A stretch of 26,111 bases of DNA from Candidatus Rokuibacteriota bacterium (GTDB lineage: Bacteria; Methylomirabilota; Methylomirabilia; Rokubacteriales; CSP1-6): positions 1 to 26,111 of the forward strand of contig JACPCX010000026.1 of the NCBI GenBank assembly GCA_016184305.1, read 5' to 3'. The position numbers were made by a program, and so were the translations under genes. The notes beneath the pieces were generated by a model. The model saw only the letters and a program-made list of their open reading frames with translations. It ran no database searches and was not told where the DNA came from. This document shows, one piece after another, positions 7,156 through 14,190 of this stretch. Within the stretch, counting starts at the first letter, position 1, and each line of letters begins with the position of its first letter.

Positions 7156-7392
7156 GAGCCCGTAGGCGGGGATCTCCCTGGGATCCCGGCCCGTCTCGAT
7201 CGTTGGATGCCTCTGAGCCTTGATGATGACATTCCCCCTGGCTGGAGTTTACCTCAAGAGGCTCTCGATCGATCCAAGGGCCGATGCTGTGGCACCGTCA
7301 TGCGCCCATCCGGGCGACCTGGCCTTGAGCCACCTCACCAGAACCCAGCAGCCCAGAAGGTCGCCTCGGCATCGCAGAGGGCTCCAGCGGGG

Positions 7393-7408
7393 TGCCGGCC
7401 GCGCCCCA
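7393..7408 (+). repeat. Possible degenerate tRNA 3'-end fragment (att scar)
   Basis: TGCCGGCCGCGCCCCA vs tRNA end TGCCGGGCGCGCCA; ~45 bp from an integrase 3' end, like the real tRNA (~50 bp). Confidence 0.4.
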
Positions 7409-7439
7409 TCGGCTCTCAGGCCTCCGTAGCGCATCACCG

Positions 7440-7832
7440 TCATTGGGACGTGGTACCGGTCTTGCTGTCGGTGGCGCCCTTGCGTGCGGAGTTCGCGAGC
7501 CGCTCGACTGCCGTCCGCATGTGGTCCGGGCTCAGGTGCGCGTACCGCTGGACCATCACCTGGGTCTTCCAGCCTCCCGCCCGCTGTACCGTGTAGAGGT
7601 TCACGTCGGCCATCGCCGGCCGCTCGCGCTGGATGAGCTTGGGGCAGCATTCCTGTCGCGCCTTGCGGGCGTCTCGCACCTCGGCGCGCCTGGCCTTGTG
7701 CTCCTCCCCGGCGGCCGGCTTCGAGTCGCCGCTCGGCTGCCGGTGGTCGTGGCCCAGGGAGCAGGCCCACCGGATCCACCATTGCCCGTCCCGCTCGAAC
7801 ACGCCGCTGACCTTCGGCCCCCGTGTCGTCAT
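7440..7832 (-). pseudogene. Tyrosine integrase with in-frame internal deletion
   Basis: N-terminal arm-binding-like GVFERDGQWWIRW is joined at ~7620 to C-terminal AMADVNLYTVQRAGGWKTQVMVQRYAHLSPDHMRTAVERL; core-binding domain and HxxR missing; GGAGG RBS. Confidence 0.85.
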
Positions 7833-7883
7833 CGCGCCCTCCGCGTCCCCCGCCGTCGCGCGGCCGGGAAGAAATCCCGCCAG

Positions 7884-8366
7884 TCACTGGTCACGCGTCC
7901 CGCGCCGGCGCGTCCAGAGCCGTGGGTCGAAGCTGAAGGGCCGCGGCGTGCCGACCCGGACCGTCCGGAAGGCCGGGTGCAGCGGGTTGACGACGAAGTT
8001 CCGCTCGTGGGGAATGATCGCGGATGGCACGGCGAGCACCGCGGTCTCGCGCGCCCGCGCCCAGGCCGTGCCGAGGTCGGTGACCGCGGCCGGCGCGGGC
8101 ACCGACCGCCAGTCCGGCGGCAGCTCGCGGGCGGAGACGTCGCGGACGCGCAGGGTGTCCGGGATCTCCGCCGGCGTGGCCATCCACTCCCCCTGCACGT
8201 GCTCCACGTCCGCGTGCACCAGGATCTCCAGCGCCGCCAGCGAGAGCGTGGCGGAGGCGTAGACGAGGGGCACCCCGGGCCAACCCCACCGCCCGCCCCA
8301 CTGGCGCGCGCCCTCGCCATCGAAGGCGACATGGGGCGCGCGCGCGAGTCGCCAGACCCGGGTCAG
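7884..8366 (-). CDS. RES-domain toxin (NAD+-consuming family)
   Basis: VWRLA..FDGEGARQWGGRW..VYAS..LAALEILVH..LAVPSAIIPHERNFVVNPLHP..FDPRL; start placed at the CTGA overlap. Confidence 0.92.
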   Translation of the reverse strand: MTRVWRLARAPHVAFDGEGARQWGGRWGWPGVPLVYASATLSLAALEILVHADVEHVQGEWMATPAEIPDTLRVRDVSARELPPDWRSVPAPAAVTDLGTAWARARETAVLAVPSAIIPHERNFVVNPLHPAFRTVRVGTPRPFSFDPRLWTRRRGTRDQ

Positions 8367-8818
8367 CTGTAGATCCCGCGCGCCAGCCGCTGCAGGATCG
8401 TCTCGACCTCGCGCGCCCCGACCTCGGTGGAAAGCAAGTGCAAGGGCGCCGCGCCGGCGAGCGCGCGGTTGGGAGCGCGCAGCCACCCCGCGGCGCGCTC
8501 CGGCGCGCCGAGCACCTCCTCGGCGAGGGCCCCGATGCGCGCGAGCCGCAGCAGCCGATCGGACTCGTCGGGCGGCAGACGCCGCGCGAGCTTGCGGCGA
8601 GCCAGGGTGCGCCTGGGGATGCGCAGGACGGCGACGACCTCGTTCCCCGTCAACGCGTAGCGCGCCACGAGCGTGGCCAGCGCCGCATACGGCAGCCCGG
8701 CGCGGACCCGTTCGTGCAGCGTCTGGTAGGTCGCCGTCACCTCGCGCATTCCGAGCGATCGGCCCATCACCGCCGCCATCTGCCGCGCCGTCACCGCCCC
8801 CGCCGCCGAGCGTGCCAT
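8363..8818 (-). CDS. Xre/MbcA/ParS antitoxin
   Basis: VRAGLPY, IPRRTLARRK, ESDRLLRLARI, WLRAPNRALAGAAPL, VETILQRLARGIYS. Confidence 0.93.
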   Translation of the reverse strand: MARSAAGAVTARQMAAVMGRSLGMREVTATYQTLHERVRAGLPYAALATLVARYALTGNEVVAVLRIPRRTLARRKLARRLPPDESDRLLRLARIGALAEEVLGAPERAAGWLRAPNRALAGAAPLHLLSTEVGAREVETILQRLARGIYS

Positions 8819-8855
8819 CTGGCCTCAGCATACGGCCAGATGGCCGACCTGGCAA
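8814..8855 (-). promoter_or_regulatory. xre-res promoter with inverted-repeat operator
   Basis: TTGCCA-17 nt-TATGCT-8 nt-ATG; perfect 11-bp IR GCCATCTGGCC/GGCCAGATGGC (8814-8824/8834-8844) brackets the -10. Confidence 0.8.
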
Positions 8856-8951
8856 GGCGGGGGCCGGGGGGGTCGTTCAGACTATCCTGTGGCGGAAGAG
8901 GTCTGCCGGAAACCGAGGCGCGTTGCCGCGGGCTGGCGCGGGAGGGACGGC

Positions 8952-9131
8952 ATGACGGGCAGGGGCAGGCCGGGAACTCTGGTGCGCGCGGCGAGCGGCG
9001 CGGAGAGCCGGGCCGGACAGGTCTGGCGGTGGAAGAAACTCCTCCAGCCCACCGCGTCCGCGGAAAGGCTGCGCGCCGTGCCGCCGGCGCCCGATCTCGA
9101 CGCGGTGCCGCCGGCGCGCGAGCCGCCCTGA
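8952..9131 (+). CDS. Possible 59-aa hypothetical protein
   Basis: GGAGG 6 nt before ATG 8952; fills the gap between xre and the cyclase; no recognised domain. Confidence 0.35.
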   Translation: MTGRGRPGTLVRAASGAESRAGQVWRWKKLLQPTASAERLRAVPPAPDLDAVPPAREPP

Positions 9132-9156
9132 GCCGCCCGCCCGCCCGCGCTCCCCG

Positions 9157-9945
9157 TCAGCCGCGCCGGCTGGCCGGCCCGTCCGGCTCCGCCGCGAGGC
9201 CGCGCATCCGGAACACGCGATGCGGGTGGCGAAACCCGCGTAGGTGCATGCTGCCCACCAGCTCCGCGCACACGTGGCCCTCGACCGCCGCCATGACGCG
9301 CTCGCAGACGAGGGTCTCGGCGGCATGCGCCCGCCCGCAGAGGCGCGAGGCAAGGTTGGTGACGCTGCCAATGGCCGCGTAGTCCCAGCGGTCCTCGGTG
9401 CCGATAAGGCCCACGGTGGCGAACCCGTGGCTGACGCCCACGCCCAGGCTGAGCGCGGCGCCGTGCTGACGCCAGCGATGGGCGAGCGCCGCCACGGCGG
9501 ATTGCGCCGCCAGGGCGAGCGATACCGCGCGGAGCTGCGGGTCCGGGACCGGGACCGGGTCGTTGAAGAACGCCATGATGCCGTCGCCTGCGAAGCGCTC
9601 GAGCATGCCGCCGTGGTCCTCGACGAGCCGGCCCACCGCGCGGTGATAGTCGCGCAGGACGGCCATCACGTCCTCGGGCTCGGCACCCTCGGAGAAGGCC
9701 GTGAAGCCGCGCAGGTCGAAGAAGGCCACCGTCACCTCGCGGCGATGGCTGAGCAGCGCCGACTCATCGGCGGCCAGGACCAGCTCGCGCGGGGGCGACG
9801 AGACGAATCGCCGCAGCCGGTCGATGACGGCGGGTAACCTGTCTGGTGGCTCCACGCCATCCGGCGGCACGAGTGCCGGGTAGGCGTAGCCGTTGCGTCC
9901 TGACTGCCGGCGCTCAACCTGAGTGGTGCTGTGCATGTCGGGCAT
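9157..9945 (-). CDS. Stand-alone class III adenylate/guanylate cyclase-domain protein
   Basis: FFDLRGFTAFSE, ERFAGDGIMAFF, GSVTNLASRL; start at ATG 9945 after GAGGAG, downstream of the sigma54 promoter. Confidence 0.9.
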   Translation of the reverse strand: MPDMHSTTQVERRQSGRNGYAYPALVPPDGVEPPDRLPAVIDRLRRFVSSPPRELVLAADESALLSHRREVTVAFFDLRGFTAFSEGAEPEDVMAVLRDYHRAVGRLVEDHGGMLERFAGDGIMAFFNDPVPVPDPQLRAVSLALAAQSAVAALAHRWRQHGAALSLGVGVSHGFATVGLIGTEDRWDYAAIGSVTNLASRLCGRAHAAETLVCERVMAAVEGHVCAELVGSMHLRGFRHPHRVFRMRGLAAEPDGPASRRG

Positions 9946-9972
9946 GGTCGATCTCCTCGTGCACTTCTTATC

Positions 9973-9987
9973 GCAAGAGGAGTGCCA
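9973..9987 (-). promoter_or_regulatory. Sigma54 -24/-12 promoter for the cyclase gene
   Basis: TGGCAC-TCCTC-TTGC, exact consensus spacing. Confidence 0.88.
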
Positions 9988-9992
9988 CGTCA

Positions 9993-10085
9993 TACGCCTT
10001 TGAAAACATATACTTGCAGTCGACATCGCGAGTAATTGCGCAGAGATAGATCATTTCTCTTGAGCAATTGACCAATTTCTCGATC
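9993..10085. promoter_or_regulatory. AT-rich enhancer region: IHF-like site and candidate activator-binding repeats
   Basis: TTTCAA-AGGC-GTA (minus strand, 10005..9993) resembles WATCAANNNNTTR; GATCATTTCTC at 10049 and GACCAATTTCTC at 10070 are 21 bp apart. Confidence 0.5.
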
Positions 10086-10098
10086 CTGGTGCCAAGGC

Positions 10099-13000
10099 AT
10101 GAGTATGCAGACCCAGGCCGAGATCCTTGGACGCGGCCCGGCTATCCAGGCCGTCCGGAAGTCGATACAGCGGCTTCTCGACCGGCTGCAGGACTCACCG
10201 CGGCCGCCGGCCGTGCTGATCGAGGGCGAGACCGGGACGGGCAAGGGCCTGGTCGCTCGCCTCCTCCACGAGCGCGGCCCGCGCGCGGCGGGGCCGTTCG
10301 TGGACGTCAACTGCCCGGCGATCCCGGACCAGCTGCTCGAGAGCGAGCTGTTCGGCTACGAGCGCGGTGCGTTCACGGACGCCAAGCGCAGCAAGCCCGG
10401 GCTGCTCGAGAGCGCTCACCGCGGGACGATCTTCCTGGACGAGATCGCCCTGCTCCCCGAGGGGCTGCAGGCCAAGCTCCTCAAGGTGCTCGACGAGCGC
10501 GTGGTGCGGCGGCTGGGCGCGACGCGCGGCGAGCCAGTCGATTTCTGGCTGCTGGCGGCCACGAATGCCGATCTCGTGGCCGCGGTGCGCCGTGGGCGCT
10601 TCCGCGAGGATCTCTACCAGCGGCTGGCCGTGGTCCGGCTCGGGCTGCCGCCGCTGCGCGCGCGGGGCGAGGACATCGTGCTCCTGGCCGAGCACTTCCT
10701 GGCCCGCGCCGCGGCGGAGCACGGGCTGCCGCCGCGCGCGCTCTCGGACGACGCGCGCGAGGCGCTGCGGCGCAATGCCTGGCCGGGCAATGTCCGCGAG
10801 CTCGCCAACGTGATGGAGCGGGTGGCGCTCCTCGCGGAGGGAGACCGGGTGACGGCGAGCGCGCTCGACCTGCGCCAGCCAGCGGCCGAGCCGCAGCCGG
10901 GGCCGGGCGAGGCGGCGCCCGTGGGGCGGACCCTCGAGGCGGTCACCCGCGATCATCTGCGCGCGGCCATCGCCGAGGCCGGGGGTAATCTCTCTCGCGC
11001 GGCGAGCGCGCTCGGGATCTCGCGCAACACGCTGCGCGCGCAGATCCGGCGGCTCGATGTCGCGGTCACACCCACCCGCGGCCGGCCCCGCCGGCAGTTT
11101 CCCGCCGCCCCTGCGCCGGCCGCGGCCCTGCCGGCGCCCGAGCCCCCGCGCCTGCCGGCCGCCACCCCGGCGGTGACCGTGCGCTGGGAGCGCCGGCGGC
11201 TGACCTTGCTCCGCGCCGCGCTCGGGCCCGAGGGGGCGGGCGCGCTTGATCCGGGGCGCGCCCTGGAGGGCATCGTCGACAAGGTGCAGGCGTTCGGCGG
11301 CCGCATCGACGAGCTGTCGACCGCGTCGGTGGGCGCCGTCTTCGGGCTCCAGTCCGGGGACGATCCCTCCCGCCTCGCCGTGCAGGCGGCGCTGGCCGTC
11401 GTGAAGAGCCTCGAGCGGCTGCGCGTGGCCGCCGATCCGCTGCAGGTGCGCGTGGCGCTGCACACCGGCACGATGCTGGTCGGGCACATCGGCGCGGAGG
11501 TCCAGCTCGAGCGGTCCGAGAAGGCGGCGGCCACCGCCGTCCTCGACGAGGTTGCCGAGGCCTGCGCGCCCGGCATGGTCGCGGTGAGCCCGGTGACGGC
11601 GGCCTTCCTCGAGCGGCGATTCGACCTGCGCCCGCTCGGCGGACCGCCCCCGGTGGCCCAGGCGGTGAGCGGACCCGAACGGCGCGGCTTCGAGACGCTC
11701 CGGCGGCAGAGCGCGCTGATAGGCCGCGAGCAGGAGCTCGGGCTGCTGGTCTCGCGCTGGCGTGCGGCGCAGGACGGCCAGGGCCAGCTCGTGCTGCTGG
11801 TCGCGGAGCCGGGTATGGGCAAGTCGCGCCTGGTGTGGGAGTTCCTGGGGTCCGAGCACGCGCGCAGCGGGCACGTGCTCGACCTGCACGCGAGCCCGAC
11901 CGGACAGTCGTCGGCCTATGGCCCGCTCCTGGACCTTCTTCGCCGGTACTTCGAGATCGCCTCCGAGGACGACGACCGCGGTGTCCGCGCCAAGGTTGCG
12001 GCCAAGCTGGCGGTGCTCGCGCCGGAGGGGCCCGACCCGGCGCCGGCGCTGCTCGCCTTCCTCGGCCTGGAGCCCGGCGATCCGGAGTGGTCGGATCTGA
12101 CCGCCCCCGACCGCGCGCGCGAGGTCCGCGACGCCCTGCGCCGCCTGCTGCTGGCCGAGGTCAAGGCCCGGCCCGTGCTGCTGGTGATCGAGGACCTGCA
12201 CTGGCTCGACGCCGGCTCGCGTGAGCTCCTGGAAGCGCTCGCCGAGGGGCTCGCCGCGATCCCGCTGATGCTGCTGGTGACCTCGCGGCCGCCCATCGCG
12301 CACGGCTGGGGCACGGTCGGCGTCCTCACCCAGTTCTCGCTGGCTCCGCTCGGCCGCGAGCGGGCCCGCGAGCTCCTCGACGCGCTGCTGGGGGCGCACC
12401 CGAGCCTGGATGCCCTGCGCCGCAGCATGCTCGACCGCGCCGGGGGCAACCCGTTCTTCCTCGAGGAAAGCGTGCGCGCGCTCGTCGACAGCGGCGCGAT
12501 CGCCGGCGCGCCCGGGGACTATCACCTGGCGTCCAGCGCGCTCGCCCTGCCGCTGCCGCCCACGGTCGAGGAGCTGGTGGCGGCGCGGGTCGCGAACCTG
12601 CCCGCGCCGCTGCGGCAGATCCTGGAGGCGGCCGCCGTGCTCGGCCGCGAGACGCCGCGCTCGGTGCTGGCGGCGGTGCTGGGCGAGCCGGCGGCGGTGG
12701 TGCGCGCCAAGCTGGCCGAGCTGCGCCGCCTCGACCTCGCCGCCGAGATCGGCGCGGGCGACGATCCGATGGTGCGCTTCCATCACCCACTCCTGCACGA
12801 GGTCGCGCTGGCGCGCGTGACGGACGAGGCGCGCCGGGCCATCCACGAGCGCGCGTACACGACACTGCGGGCCCGCGCGCGGCCGGGCCTCGCCGACGAC
12901 ACGGAGCAGCTCGCGCGGCACGCGTTCCACGGCGGGCGCTGGGACGAGGCGGTCGAGCTGCTGGAGGCGGCGGCGCGCACCGAGGCGCTGCGGGCCACTC

Positions 13001-14190
13001 ACGCCGAGGCGGCCGCCCACCTGGAGATGGCCCTCGTGGCGCTGGGCCACCTGCCCGAGACCCCGGAGCACGTCGCGCGCGGCATCGACATCCGGCTCAC
13101 GCTCAAGTCGAACCTCACCGAGATCGGGGCGCACGCGCGTGTGCACGAGCACCTCGAGGCGGCGGAGGCCGCCGCCGCGCGCCTGGGCGACGTGGGGCGG
13201 CTGGCGCGGGCGGCGGCGTTCCTCAGCGACTACCATCGGCTGCTGGGGCAGCGGGCCGCCGCCCGTCGCCAGAGCGAGCGGGCGCTCGATCTCGCCCTGG
13301 CGGCGGGCGACGCGCGCCTGCAGGTGGTCGCCGGCACCTACCTCGGCATGGTGCTGCACGGCGAGGGCGATTACCCCGCGGCGATCGCGTGCTTCCGGCG
13401 CAACCTGGCGAACCTCACCGGGGCGATCGCGCGCGAGCGCCTGGGCACGACGGGGCTGCCGGCGATCCACTCACGGACCTGGCTCGCGTGGGCCCTGTGC
13501 GAGACGGGCGACTTCGGCGAGGCCGAGCGCGCCGCCGAGGAGGCGATGCGCATCGCGGCCGAGCTGCCGCAGCCGATTCACGCGGTGGTCGCGTCCGCGG
13601 GGCTGGGCCGGGTGCAGCTGCGGCGCGGGCATCCGGAGGCGGCCCTGCCCGTGCTCGCCCAGGGGCTCGAGCTGTGCCGCCGCCACGGCATCGCTTTCTG
13701 GCTGCCCGGCCTGGCGTCGGCCCTGGGGCTGGCGCTCGTGCGCGCCGGCCGGCGCGAGGAGGGCCTCGTCTTGCTGGAGGAGAGCGTGCACCGCGGCCAG
13801 AGCGACCGCGCGCTCGCCGGGCAGGCGCAGCGCGAGACGTGGCTGGGCGAGGGCTACCTGCTCGCCGGCCGCCTGGACGACGCGCGCGCGGCGGCGGGGC
13901 GGGCGATCGACATGGCGGGCCGGTACGAGCAGCGCGGCACGCTGGTCTGGGCGCGCTGGCTGCGCGCGGAGATCGCCAGGCGGTCCGGGAACGGCCGCGC
14001 CGCCGTCGAGGAGCATCGCGCCGTGGCGGAGGCCGCGGCCGCGCTGGGGATGCGGCCGCTGGCCGCGCTGGCCGGGTTGGGGCTCGCGCGGGCGCTCGCG
14101 AGCCTCGGCGAGACGGCCGAGGGCCGCCGGGTCGAGGATCAGGCGCGGGCGGCGCTCGCCGCGCTCGAGATGGCGGCCCCGCTCGACTGA
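10099..14190 (+). CDS. Sigma54 activator AAA+ / Fis-type HTH / degenerate class III cyclase / STAND (AAA_16-like) NTPase / TPR fusion protein
   Basis: GETGTGK, ESELFGYERGAFTDA, FLDEI, RFREDLY, WPGNVREL; GGNLSRAASALGISRNTL; FGGRIDEL..VFG and VRVALHTG; LIGREQEL, AEPGMGKS, LLVIEDLHW, GGNPFFLEE; helical TPR-like tail. Confidence 0.93.
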   Translation: MSMQTQAEILGRGPAIQAVRKSIQRLLDRLQDSPRPPAVLIEGETGTGKGLVARLLHERGPRAAGPFVDVNCPAIPDQLLESELFGYERGAFTDAKRSKPGLLESAHRGTIFLDEIALLPEGLQAKLLKVLDERVVRRLGATRGEPVDFWLLAATNADLVAAVRRGRFREDLYQRLAVVRLGLPPLRARGEDIVLLAEHFLARAAAEHGLPPRALSDDAREALRRNAWPGNVRELANVMERVALLAEGDRVTASALDLRQPAAEPQPGPGEAAPVGRTLEAVTRDHLRAAIAEAGGNLSRAASALGISRNTLRAQIRRLDVAVTPTRGRPRRQFPAAPAPAAALPAPEPPRLPAATPAVTVRWERRRLTLLRAALGPEGAGALDPGRALEGIVDKVQAFGGRIDELSTASVGAVFGLQSGDDPSRLAVQAALAVVKSLERLRVAADPLQVRVALHTGTMLVGHIGAEVQLERSEKAAATAVLDEVAEACAPGMVAVSPVTAAFLERRFDLRPLGGPPPVAQAVSGPERRGFETLRRQSALIGREQELGLLVSRWRAAQDGQGQLVLLVAEPGMGKSRLVWEFLGSEHARSGHVLDLHASPTGQSSAYGPLLDLLRRYFEIASEDDDRGVRAKVAAKLAVLAPEGPDPAPALLAFLGLEPGDPEWSDLTAPDRAREVRDALRRLLLAEVKARPVLLVIEDLHWLDAGSRELLEALAEGLAAIPLMLLVTSRPPIAHGWGTVGVLTQFSLAPLGRERARELLDALLGAHPSLDALRRSMLDRAGGNPFFLEESVRALVDSGAIAGAPGDYHLASSALALPLPPTVEELVAARVANLPAPLRQILEAAAVLGRETPRSVLAAVLGEPAAVVRAKLAELRRLDLAAEIGAGDDPMVRFHHPLLHEVALARVTDEARRAIHERAYTTLRARARPGLADDTEQLARHAFHGGRWDEAVELLEAAARTEALRATHAEAAAHLEMALVALGHLPETPEHVARGIDIRLTLKSNLTEIGAHARVHEHLEAAEAAAARLGDVGRLARAAAFLSDYHRLLGQRAAARRQSERALDLALAAGDARLQVVAGTYLGMVLHGEGDYPAAIACFRRNLANLTGAIARERLGTTGLPAIHSRTWLAWALCETGDFGEAERAAEEAMRIAAELPQPIHAVVASAGLGRVQLRRGHPEAALPVLAQGLELCRRHGIAFWLPGLASALGLALVRAGRREEGLVLLEESVHRGQSDRALAGQAQRETWLGEGYLLAGRLDDARAAAGRAIDMAGRYEQRGTLVWARWLRAEIARRSGNGRAAVEEHRAVAEAAAALGMRPLAALAGLGLARALASLGETAEGRRVEDQARAALAALEMAAPLD

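Noticed and set aside
7283..7296. GATGCTGTGGCACC as an inverted partner of the GATGCCACAG motif
   Set aside because: Short, imperfect, and oriented away from the other copies, so it does not enclose an element.
9946..10026. Longer cyclase start at 10026 from the ORF track
   Set aside because: The extension covers the sigma54 promoter; the RBS supports ATG 9945.
10080..10094. Second TGGCAC on the minus strand
   Set aside because: No TTGC at the -12 position.
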